Source: Clostridia bacterium (GTDB lineage Bacteria; Bacillota; Clostridia; Oscillospirales; CAG-272). Taken from it: a DNA stretch of 51,534 nt. Positions within the stretch are counted from its first letter, which is position 1, and each line of letters opens with the position of its first letter. The position numbers were made by a program, and so were the translations under genes. A model generated the notes under the pieces. The model made no database searches, was not told the DNA's origin, and was given only the letters and a program-made list of their open reading frames with translations. The DNA lies in contig JAGCNJ010000040.1 in the NCBI GenBank assembly GCA_017646005.1, positions 1 through 51,534 of the forward strand, in the 5' to 3' direction. Positions 39,701 through 47,074 of the stretch are shown here, piece after piece.

Positions 39701-39909
39701 TTTACGGTGACGTAAACGGTGATGAAATTGTCGATTCAAACGACAGCGTAGTATTGGCACGCTTCCTTGCAAAATGGACAGGATATACCGAGATAAACGA
39801 AGATAATTCAAATCTCAACCAGGACACAGTTGTAGACTCAACAGATAGTGTAATTTTAGCCCGTTATCTTGCTAAATGGAGCGGATATGAGGTTCTGCCG
39901 ATCGGCTAA
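36757..39909 (+). CDS. Secreted right-handed parallel beta-helix (pectin-lyase-like fold) protein with two unknown domains and a dockerin-like module
   Basis: Signal peptide; TYYVS..GN..NNGTS..AP, FKRGELFR, AYGEGEKP, VTVDNISF..TGRHGI and GNAVENW; C-terminal duplicated GDVNGD..DSVVLARFLAKW. Confidence 0.85.
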   Translation: MKRIICALLVIFLALSYIPTYSSAAADYIELMPYEIVSSYMSIVDFGYTMEGIDTDPYIHLTSKPGSYNNNNYYLSFKASMLGINMLDYPIIKLGYRTDSPYSMINASIKSDAGENYPKSHTAHTTDGKWHDVVLDMTTFNSQEGTFPSYEQGTSINLIFKPLGSGNKTFTKEHYYDLKYIAFFKTKADADAYTYSYNKNEDSGIGKVTKYSPLTNSVENAILSGADELIQDILDAPNNSYTPTGSGKTYYVSEKLGNSTNNGTSQSAPITIARLKTLLSNNSIPEGSVILFKRGELFRANGTIKLTAPGLTLSAYGEGEKPKIYNSIAGEGKSNWTRTSTMHVWKFTGKSLTKNQDVGNIVFNNGEGWGIKVSKKNKTENLRVDIGTVFNGYESFMSGGDPADASGNSFSPYRQSTPFTDQRDLSNNLEFYHNWDDNTLYLYYDKGNPGKVFDSIEIAIGSNLLYMGSAEAENVTVDNISFAHTGRHGIGMQYGKNILIKNCTFAWIGGSLQYPENYETGDSGKTRLGNAVENWGSCSNYTIDHCYATQIYDCCFTTQYSIGTNDSITSSNSLVKMSDVTFTNTVSSYSNSGPEVWLTNSSQYATSDNCDWSIKNLEATNNYVLYGGYGWGHQRFNKDSNFFYGAVQIDNTTLYENCEYYDNYFFKARHTGIKARYAKKDGRENSGYDFHDNTFVMAEGLTILQTGNNLDDCSGTTTHYKYDQATISSLVANGFFPGSDFYYYDIADAGLPTSGAEYPSDPNYDSSIIVGEMLLAEDLSGYADSLSFNGIGYSSSLVTDEDGVDYFRINAEAGSFSDDQCYLAIPLESLGYGINVKTNPYIKLAYRTNISGTNTLAVNYVAQYPIKNFFFTTNYDATITGPTLTKVSDGTRQSSTINIANTSTGGTYTSSGWDSTSTKTISDFSFNTITDTANYKELRLKLWGAGDVSPVDGEYFDIVYIAFFPDAESAEKFEYPYVENHLYGDVNGDEIVDSNDSVVLARFLAKWTGYTEINEDNSNLNQDTVVDSTDSVILARYLAKWSGYEVLPIG

Positions 39910-39922
39910 AATTTGATACAAC

Positions 39923-39951
39923 AAAACGCCTGTCGTTATGACAGGCGTTTT
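39923..39951. terminator. Bidirectional terminator
   Basis: aaaacgcctgtc-gttat-gacaggcgtttt between convergent genes. Confidence 0.85.
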
Positions 39952-39987
39952 CTCTTCTCTTTGCCCTCTACTTGAAAAGTAAAGGCT

Positions 39988-40230
39988 TTAATTTTGCTGT
40001 TTCTTTAATAATTTTTCTGTTACTTCTTTTTCGCTGATTCCAATTTTCTCACAATACTCTTCAAAGCTTTTTTCTAAAGGTCCGCAAAGAAGTATTTTAT
40101 CAACTCCGAGCTGGTCAGACATCTCATCAAATATTAACGTCCTTAATTTTTGCTCTACTTCCTTATCACTATATCCGGCACAATAAAGTTCTCTTACATA
40201 CTCCATAATAAGCGTAGCCTTTTCTCCCAT
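39988..40230 (-). CDS. Hypothetical 80-aa protein
   Basis: AGGAG SD, a consensus promoter upstream and a terminator downstream. No family recognised. Confidence 0.65.
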   Translation of the reverse strand: MGEKATLIMEYVRELYCAGYSDKEVEQKLRTLIFDEMSDQLGVDKILLCGPLEKSFEEYCEKIGISEKEVTEKLLKKQQN

Positions 40231-40262
40231 TGTTTTTCTCCTATTTCTTTTATTTTATACTT

Positions 40263-40291
40263 ATTATACGTTATCACCAGCATTTTGTCAA
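40263..40291 (-). promoter_or_regulatory. Consensus sigmaA promoter of the 80-aa gene
   Basis: Minus strand reads TTGACA-17 nt-TATAAT. Confidence 0.78.
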
Positions 40292-40387
40292 GTTGAAATG
40301 TTTAGTTATAAACTTTTAGCCATATTCATAAGTTGGGTTTAAAACATTATAATAAATGTTGATAACTTGTCTATGAAAGGTGTAACT

Positions 40388-40735
40388 ATGAGCAATACTA
40401 CCGAGCTTAACAAAGAAATTGGAGCAAGAATAAAGGAATTAAGGCTAAAAAAGAACATAACTCAAGACACATTATCAGAGTTAGTCAACGTCTGCAGTGC
40501 TCAACAAGTCAGCAATATTGAACGCGGAATCAACGGTATTTCTGTTTTAAAACTAAAAGAAATTTGTATCGCTTTGGATGCAAACGCCCATTATATATTG
40601 TTGGGAAATACTCCGGAAACAATTGACCAAACCCTAAAAAAATGTACTGAGCAGATGAATGAACTTCAACGTCAACACGTCATTGACTATATCATATCAT
40701 ATGCAAAATCCTGCGGAATTGAGGTTGACGAATAA
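40388..40735 (+). CDS. XRE-family (HTH_3) transcriptional regulator
   Basis: IGARIKELRLKKNITQDTLSELVNVCSAQQVSNIERG. ATG 40388 follows gaaaggtg. Confidence 0.88.
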   Translation: MSNTTELNKEIGARIKELRLKKNITQDTLSELVNVCSAQQVSNIERGINGISVLKLKEICIALDANAHYILLGNTPETIDQTLKKCTEQMNELQRQHVIDYIISYAKSCGIEVDE

Positions 40736-40739
40736 CCGT

Positions 40740-40785
40740 AAAAACAAAAAAATCGCAGACCGTGCGGTCTGCGATTTTTGTTTTT
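40740..40785. terminator. Bidirectional terminator between the XRE gene and tsf
   Basis: aaaaatcgcagaccg-tg-cggtctgcgattttt flanked by A and T tracts. Confidence 0.87.
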
Positions 40786-40790
40786 GCTTA

Positions 40791-41717
40791 TCAGCCGTTA
40801 ACGAGCTTAGCAACCTCTGCTGCGAGGTCGTCTTCTCTCTTTTCAAGACCTTCGCCCTTTTCATACTTGATGTAGGACTTGATCTTGATGTCGCCGCCAA
40901 ATTCCTTAGCGGACTTTGCTACGTACTGACCAACTGTCATATCATCGTCCTTAACGTAGCCCTGCTCTGTAAGGCAGTTCTTTTCATAGAACTTACCGAT
41001 CTTACCGAGAACCATCTTTTCGATGATATTTTCAGGCTTGCTTGCATTCTTGGGATCGTTCTTGATCTGTGCGATAAGAACCTGCTTTTCTTCTTCAACG
41101 TCAGCTGCGGGAACCGATTCCTTATCGAGGTAAAGAACAGGCATAGCCGCACACTGAAGTGCAATGTTCTTTGCAAATTCAGCAAAGCCTGCGTTATTCT
41201 TTGCAGCATCATCTGCTTCAAAGTTGATGATGATACCTGTCTGACCGTTACCGTGGATATAGGTGCTGAGTGTACCGTCTACGATATCGAAGCGGCGGAT
41301 GTTCATGTTTTCACCTATAGTGAAGATCATGTCCTTAAGCTTTGCTTCAACAGTCATATCATCGCTGTACTGCTTAGCGAGAAGCTCTGCAACGCTTGCA
41401 GGGCGATCTGCTATAATAGTCTTAAGAATATTCTTAACGAATTCCTTGAAGGAATCGTTCTTTGCAACGAAGTCTGTTTCCGAGTTAACCTCGATGATCG
41501 CTGCTGTATTGCCTTCAACGAGGATATCTACAACACCCTCTGCTGCGATTCTGTCCGCCTTCTTAGCGGCAACAGCAAGACCCTTTTCTCTGAGAACCTT
41601 TACAGCCTCATCGAAATTGCCCTCTGCTTCTACGAGAGCCTTTTTACATTCCATCATACCGCAGCCGGTCTTCTTTCTGAGCTCGGCAACGTCCTTAGCG
41701 GAAATCTGTACTGCCAT
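40791..41717 (-). CDS. tsf: Elongation factor Ts
   Basis: ELRKKTGCGMMECKKAL, EVNSETDFVAKN and IGENMNIRRF. Confidence 0.98.
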   Translation of the reverse strand: MAVQISAKDVAELRKKTGCGMMECKKALVEAEGNFDEAVKVLREKGLAVAAKKADRIAAEGVVDILVEGNTAAIIEVNSETDFVAKNDSFKEFVKNILKTIIADRPASVAELLAKQYSDDMTVEAKLKDMIFTIGENMNIRRFDIVDGTLSTYIHGNGQTGIIINFEADDAAKNNAGFAEFAKNIALQCAAMPVLYLDKESVPAADVEEEKQVLIAQIKNDPKNASKPENIIEKMVLGKIGKFYEKNCLTEQGYVKDDDMTVGQYVAKSAKEFGGDIKIKSYIKYEKGEGLEKREDDLAAEVAKLVNG

Positions 41718-41756
41718 TATGGTTACTTCCTTTCGTATATTCTGTTATATGGGTAA

Positions 41757-42512
41757 TTAAGCGTTAGCTTCTGCATCCTCAGCTTCTTCAGCCTCGGTCT
41801 TTTCTGCTTCGTCAGCGGCACCGATCTGTTCGCCCTGTCTGCCTTCGATAACTGCATCTGCAAGCACGCCTGCAATGAGCTTGATAGCACGGATAGCGTC
41901 GTCGTTACCGGGAATGATGTAATCAGCATCATCAGGGTCGCAGTTTGTATCTACGATAGCTACTACCGGGATACCGAGCTTCTTTGCTTCGAGAACTGCG
42001 TTTCTTTCCTTGCGGGGGTCTACGATGAATACAGCGTCGGGAAGCTTATCCATTTCCTTGATACCGCCGTAGTTCTTTTCAAGGTCGTTCATTTCCTTGA
42101 TAAGAGCCGCAACTTCCTTCTTGGGAAGGAGATCGAATGTTCCGTCTGCCTGCATCTTTTCGAGGCTCTTAAGACGGTTGATGCTCTTCTTGATGGTCTT
42201 GAAGTTTGTGAGCATGCCGCCCGGCCATCTTTCGCTTACGAAGAACATATCGCACTTGGTAGCTTCTTCCTTGATGGTTTCTGCTGCCTGCTTCTTTGTA
42301 CCTACGAAAAGGATTGTACCCTTTTCGCTTGCAACGTCGCGAACGAACATGTAAGCTTCTTCGAACTTCTTTACTGTCTTCTGAAGGTCGATGATGTAGA
42401 TACCGTTTCTTTCTGTGAAGATGTATTCAGCCATTTTAGGGTTCCATCTTCTTGTGTGGTGTCCGAAGTGAACACCTGCTTCGAGCAACTGCTTGATTGA
42501 GATTACTGACAT
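41757..42512 (-). CDS. rpsB: 30S ribosomal protein S2
   Basis: [23 protein letters not shown] and [10 protein letters not shown]. Confidence 0.98.
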   Translation of the reverse strand: MSVISIKQLLEAGVHFGHHTRRWNPKMAEYIFTERNGIYIIDLQKTVKKFEEAYMFVRDVASEKGTILFVGTKKQAAETIKEEATKCDMFFVSERWPGGMLTNFKTIKKSINRLKSLEKMQADGTFDLLPKKEVAALIKEMNDLEKNYGGIKEMDKLPDAVFIVDPRKERNAVLEAKKLGIPVVAIVDTNCDPDDADYIIPGNDDAIRAIKLIAGVLADAVIEGRQGEQIGAADEAEKTEAEEAEDAEANA

Positions 42513-42658
42513 TTTTCAATGTCCTCCTTTGGTTATTCTTTCGCAGATCAGTTCGATCGCTTCAAGCATTTTGCCACCGCGGCGATCTGTGTCTGCGTGT
42601 ATTATAGCGGCTGTATTTGGCTTTACGCCGTTTATGCACGCGCCGCTGACGTACACCG
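42513..42658 (-). promoter_or_regulatory. Structured rpsB 5' leader (probable S2 autoregulatory, t44-like element)
   Basis: About 145-nt leader between promoter and ATG, with stems (cagcggc/gccgct, cgcaga..gatcgc/gcgatc..tctgcg), ending in aaccaaaggagg. S2 autoregulation through the rpsB leader is established. No covariance model was run. Confidence 0.55.
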
Positions 42659-42662
42659 ATAT

Positions 42663-42691
42663 ATTGTATCATATTTTTATGTACCTTGCAA
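42663..42691 (-). promoter_or_regulatory. sigmaA promoter of rpsB-tsf
   Basis: TTGCAA-17 nt-TACAAT with an extended TG. Confidence 0.7.
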
Positions 42692-42792
42692 GCGATTTTG
42701 ATAATTTGGCGAAATGTTTACATTTTTTTAACATTTATTGCTTTGTTTTACTTCACTTGAGTTCAGAAAAGTAAAAAAGTTACAAAAAGGAC

Positions 42793-42821
42793 TTTACAAT
42801 TTACTTGTTATGGATTATAAT
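42793..42821 (+). promoter_or_regulatory. sigmaA promoter of the pyrH operon
   Basis: TTTACA-17 nt-TATAAT. Confidence 0.7.
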
Positions 42822-42896
42822 ATACCGTGGATGGGCGTGCGATAGCGCCAATCGAAATCATGGCGTAATCAATACGCCGGGAAGGACCTTGATAAA

Positions 42897-43619
42897 ATGG
42901 CTAACGGTACACCTAAATACAAGCGTGTTCTCTTGAAGCTTTCGGGCGAAGCTCTCGCCGATAAATCGGGCAAGGATATTCTTGACCACGAAATGCTTGC
43001 AAAGGTCGCAAATGTAATAAAAACAACCCTCGAAGCAGGAGTTGAGGTTGCTATCATCGTCGGCGCGGGCAATATCTGGCGCGGACGTCAGGGCAGCGAT
43101 ATGGACAGAGTAAAGGCTGACCATATGGGTATGCTTGCAACTACAATAAACTGCATCGCGCTTGAGGACGCTCTTAAGCGTACAGGAGTTTGCGCTCACG
43201 TTATGAGCGCTGTTACGGTAGAAAGCTTCACCGAACGCTTTGATCGCAGAAAGGCGATCGAAGCACTTGAAAACAAAGAGGTTGTTATCTTCGCGGCAGG
43301 GCTCGGTATGCCCTTCGTTTCAACCGATACGGCTGCAGCAGTTCGCGCAGCGGAGATCGGTGCAGAAATGATTCTCTTTGCAAAGAACATAGACGGAGTA
43401 TATTCCGCCGACCCGAAAACAGATCCTAATGCGGTACATTATGACCGTGTTACATATGATTTCATCCTTGAAAAGAATCTCAAGGTAATGGATCAGACCG
43501 CGGCTTCCTTCTGCCGTGAAAACAAGCTTGATATGCTTGTGTTCGCGCTTGAAAAGCCCGAAAATATACTCGATGCACTTACCGGCAGCATTCCCGGTAC
43601 GGTCGTCACCGTAGAATGA
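42897..43619 (+). CDS. pyrH: UMP kinase
   Basis: KYKRVLLKLSGEAL, GAGNIWRG, DHMGMLAT, STDTAA and DGVYSADP. Confidence 0.97.
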   Translation: MANGTPKYKRVLLKLSGEALADKSGKDILDHEMLAKVANVIKTTLEAGVEVAIIVGAGNIWRGRQGSDMDRVKADHMGMLATTINCIALEDALKRTGVCAHVMSAVTVESFTERFDRRKAIEALENKEVVIFAAGLGMPFVSTDTAAAVRAAEIGAEMILFAKNIDGVYSADPKTDPNAVHYDRVTYDFILEKNLKVMDQTAASFCRENKLDMLVFALEKPENILDALTGSIPGTVVTVE

Positions 43620-43642
43620 TTATTGTAAAAGGAGATAAAATA

Positions 43643-44197
43643 ATGAAACTCGCTCTCAACGATTACGAAGCAAACATGAAAAAGTCCATCGCGGCATATG
43701 AGGAGGAGCTTGACGGCATCAGAGCCGGCAGAGCAAATCCTTCGGTGCTCAACAAGGTTACCGTAGACTACTACGGCGCACAGACACCTATTTCTCAGGT
43801 TGGCGACGTAAAGGCAACAGATGCTCACACTCTCGTTATCACTCCCTGGGATATGACAATACTCAAGGGTATTGAAAAGGCTATCCTTGCGTCCGACATC
43901 GGCATTACTCCCATGAACGACGGTAAGGTTTTAAGACTTACCTTCCCGCAGCTTACAGAGGAACGCCGCCGCGAGCTTACAAAGCAGGTGTCAAAGTCGG
44001 GTGAGGATGCAAAGGTTGCTATCCGTAACATCCGCCGTGATGCTAACGACAAGATCAAGGCTATGAAGAAAAATAACGAAATGACAGAGGATGAGGCTAA
44101 GGAATCCGAAAAGAACGTACAGGATCTTACCGATAAGTTCATCAAGAATATCGACGAGATTTCTGCCGCTAAGGAAAAGGAGCTTCTCTCTCTCTGA
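43643..44197 (+). CDS. frr: Ribosome recycling factor
   Basis: IRAGRANP, VDYYG, PQLTEERR and AIRNIRRDA. ATG 43643 follows AAGGAG. Confidence 0.97.
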   Translation: MKLALNDYEANMKKSIAAYEEELDGIRAGRANPSVLNKVTVDYYGAQTPISQVGDVKATDAHTLVITPWDMTILKGIEKAILASDIGITPMNDGKVLRLTFPQLTEERRRELTKQVSKSGEDAKVAIRNIRRDANDKIKAMKKNNEMTEDEAKESEKNVQDLTDKFIKNIDEISAAKEKELLSL

Positions 44198-44308
44198 TCA
44201 TATCAAAGGAGCAGATTGCTGAAAAAATACTTGTGTGGGGGCCTTTTTTGGCTCCCTACGGTTTTATTTACGGACGGTATTTTTGTAAAAGCATCTGATA
44301 CATGAATT

Positions 44309-45064
44309 ATGGCATCAATATTTTCAATAAAGAAAAAAAGCAGCAAGACTACACGCGAACTCCACATACCCGAACATATCGCGTTCATAATGGACGGAAA
44401 CGGACGTTGGGCAAAATCGCGTTCAATGCCGCGTGAATACGGTCACAGCAAGGGCGCAGACGTTTTCCGCGATATAATCAGATATTGCGGTGAGCTTGGG
44501 GTTAAGCATATCACCGTTTACGCCTTTTCCACCGAAAACTGGAAGAGACCAGAAAATGAGGTCAACGCCATCATGAAGCTTCTTGCCAAGTTTATGGACG
44601 AGGCATTTGCCGATCTTGAAAAAGAAAAGGTTCGCGTGATATTTCTTGGAAGCAAGGAGCCCTTCTCTGCCGAGCTTCGCGAGCGCATGGAAAAGCTTGA
44701 GCGCGACTCGTCTGTATACGAGCGCATACTTAACGTCGCCTTTAATTACGGCGGCAGGGACGAGATAGTACACGCCTGCAACGAGCTTATAAAAGAGGGC
44801 GTTACTACTATCACCCCCGAGCTTATAAGCTCACACCTTTACACACGCCTTTCGCCCGACCCCGACCTTATAGTACGCACGGCGGGTGAATACAGAATAT
44901 CGAACTTCCTTATGTGGCAGTCGGCTTACTCGGAGTTTTACTTTACCGACAAGCTCTGGCCGGATATGACTCACGAAGACGTTGACGCGGCTATTGCCGC
45001 TTATTCCGGACGAGAACGCAGATACGGCGGAGTTGTAGAAAAAAAAGAAGACGCCAAGTCGTAA
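44309..45064 (+). CDS. uppS: Undecaprenyl diphosphate synthase
   Basis: HIAFIMDGNGRWA, YAFSTENWKRP, NYGGR and RISNFLMWQ. Confidence 0.97.
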   Translation: MASIFSIKKKSSKTTRELHIPEHIAFIMDGNGRWAKSRSMPREYGHSKGADVFRDIIRYCGELGVKHITVYAFSTENWKRPENEVNAIMKLLAKFMDEAFADLEKEKVRVIFLGSKEPFSAELRERMEKLERDSSVYERILNVAFNYGGRDEIVHACNELIKEGVTTITPELISSHLYTRLSPDPDLIVRTAGEYRISNFLMWQSAYSEFYFTDKLWPDMTHEDVDAAIAAYSGRERRYGGVVEKKEDAKS

Positions 45065-45077
45065 CAGGAGAAGAATC

Positions 45078-45905
45078 ATGGCTCAACGTGTAATTACGGG
45101 ATTGATCCTCGTGGCGGTATTCGTTCCGCTCTTAATATTTTCCGATACTGTACTTTTTACGGTGGCAGTATCGCTTCTGTCGCTTATCGGCGTATGGGAG
45201 ATGCTTTCCTGCCTCGGAGCAAAAAAGCTTTACGGAATAATTGTACCCTCCCTTATAATGGCATCAGGCGCACCCCTTTGCATAAGGCTTTCGCCCATGG
45301 ATATGCCGGCAGCGTGGGCTATCGGTATGATATTGCTTTATCTTTTCTGGCTTGCCGCATATTGCGTAATCAAGCGCGGAAGCGTTACTTACTCTCTTGT
45401 TACAAGCGTGTTTATGTCGGTAATATACATCACCGCGGGCTTTTCTTCACTTATTCTTCTGAGCGACAGCACACTCGGAGCTTACGTTTTCTGGCTTGTA
45501 TTTATAGGCGCATGGGTGACCGACACGATGGCGTATTTCTGCGGCTTCCTTTTCGGGAAACACAAGCTTATACCCGAAATAAGCCCGAAGAAAACCATTG
45601 AAGGTGCTATAGGCGGTACACTTTTTGCTGGTCTTGCCTTTGTGCTTTACGGTTTTATTGTATCAAAGGTCAGCGGTATCCCGATGCATCTTATGTTTTT
45701 GTTCATAACAGGCATAATCTCTGCGATTGTCGCGCAATTCGGCGATCTTATCGCCTCTGCGATAAAACGCGAGGCAGGGATAAAGGACTACGGAAGCTTA
45801 TTCCCCGGTCACGGCGGTGTTCTTGACAGATTTGACAGCATCATCGCACTTTCTCCGTTCATACTTATGATACATGCCGCACCCTTTATAAATCTCATAA
45901 AATGA
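45078..45905 (+). CDS. cdsA: Phosphatidate cytidylyltransferase
   Basis: ISPKKTIEG, GDLIASAIKR and KDYGSLFPGHGGVLDRFDS. Confidence 0.96.
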   Translation: MAQRVITGLILVAVFVPLLIFSDTVLFTVAVSLLSLIGVWEMLSCLGAKKLYGIIVPSLIMASGAPLCIRLSPMDMPAAWAIGMILLYLFWLAAYCVIKRGSVTYSLVTSVFMSVIYITAGFSSLILLSDSTLGAYVFWLVFIGAWVTDTMAYFCGFLFGKHKLIPEISPKKTIEGAIGGTLFAGLAFVLYGFIVSKVSGIPMHLMFLFITGIISAIVAQFGDLIASAIKREAGIKDYGSLFPGHGGVLDRFDSIIALSPFILMIHAAPFINLIK

Positions 45906-45913
45906 GGTAAAAG

Positions 45914-47062
45914 ATGAAAACAATTACAATTCTGGGCTCTACCGGCTCGGTAGGCACTCAGACTGTCGACGTTGCATTTAACGAGCGCGATGTCAGTGTA
46001 TACGGAATTTCCTTCAATAAAAATATAAAGCTTGCCGAAAGTCAGGCACGCTCACTCGGTGTAAAGGTAGCGGTAAGTGCCGACGAAGATGCGGCGAAGG
46101 ATTTAAGAATTCTTCTTGCAGATACCGATATCCGCGTAGATGCAGGAAAAGCGGCTATAGAAGAGCTTGCAAGTGTTAAGGTTGACAAGGTATTCAACTC
46201 TATCACCGGCTGTGCGGGACTTCCCGCTACTCTTGCCGCAATACGCGCTAAAAATGAACTTGCGCTTGCCAACAAGGAATCTCTTGTCAGCGCAGGTCAG
46301 ACTGTAACCGAAGAAGCCCGCAAATACGGAGTCAGCATTCTGCCTGTAGACAGCGAGCATACTGCTATCCACGAATGTCTGCGTGCAGGCGAAAGGAAAG
46401 AAGTCAAAAAGCTTATCCTCACAGCCTCGGGCGGACCGTTTTTCGGGAAAAGCAAGGATGAGCTTGAAAGGGTCAGCGTAGACGACGCGCTAAAGCACCC
46501 GAGCTGGAATATGGGCGCAAAGATAACCATAGACTCGGCAACGCTCATGAACAAGGGCTTCGAGATAGTCGAGGCGGCGTATCTGTTTTCTGTCACATGC
46601 GAGCAGATAGACGTCGTCGTCCACCGCCAGAGCATAATACATTCCATGGTGGAATATATTGATAACACGGTCATAGCGCAGATGTCGGTGCCCGATATGC
46701 GCCATTGTGCCGAATATGCGCTTCACTACCCCGAAAGAAGGAGCTCTCTTATCGGTGAGCTTGATTTAGCAAAGCTTTCTTCACTTTCGTTTGCAAAGCC
46801 CGATATGGATGCATTTCCGATGCTTTCTCTCGGATATGAGATAATACGTCGCGGTCAGGGATACGGTGCTGCCGTAAACGCGGCAAATGAATGTGCGGTA
46901 TTAAGGTTTATAAACCGCGAGATCGGCTTTAACGATATATACCGCTCGGTAAAGGAAGCAACCGACAAGCTCGGAAGTGCGCTTGACAGCGCAACCACAA
47001 CCGATGCAATATATGAAATTGAAAAAGAGGCGCGTGCCATCGCCGCGCATTACAATAAATAA
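45914..47062 (+). CDS. dxr: 1-deoxy-D-xylulose-5-phosphate reductoisomerase
   Basis: LGSTGSVG, LANKESLV, PVDSEH and HPSWNMGAKITIDSATLMNKG. Confidence 0.97.
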   Translation: MKTITILGSTGSVGTQTVDVAFNERDVSVYGISFNKNIKLAESQARSLGVKVAVSADEDAAKDLRILLADTDIRVDAGKAAIEELASVKVDKVFNSITGCAGLPATLAAIRAKNELALANKESLVSAGQTVTEEARKYGVSILPVDSEHTAIHECLRAGERKEVKKLILTASGGPFFGKSKDELERVSVDDALKHPSWNMGAKITIDSATLMNKGFEIVEAAYLFSVTCEQIDVVVHRQSIIHSMVEYIDNTVIAQMSVPDMRHCAEYALHYPERRSSLIGELDLAKLSSLSFAKPDMDAFPMLSLGYEIIRRGQGYGAAVNAANECAVLRFINREIGFNDIYRSVKEATDKLGSALDSATTTDAIYEIEKEARAIAAHYNK

Positions 47063-47074
47063 GGAGTGGTAACC

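Noticed and set aside
36378-39906. Similar C-terminal DNA segments as a possible DGR template/variable repeat pair
   Set aside because: Differences are not adenine-specific, both copies are coding dockerin modules, and no reverse transcriptase is in the window.
24369-40291. Identical 13-mer TTGACAAAATGCT in two promoters (24369 plus, 40291 minus)
   Set aside because: Six bases are the -35 consensus, and the remaining 7-nt match is too short to support a shared operator.
40659-41756. 365-aa plus-strand ORF antisense to tsf
   Set aside because: Shadow ORF arising from the codon bias of a highly expressed gene; no SD or recognisable motifs.
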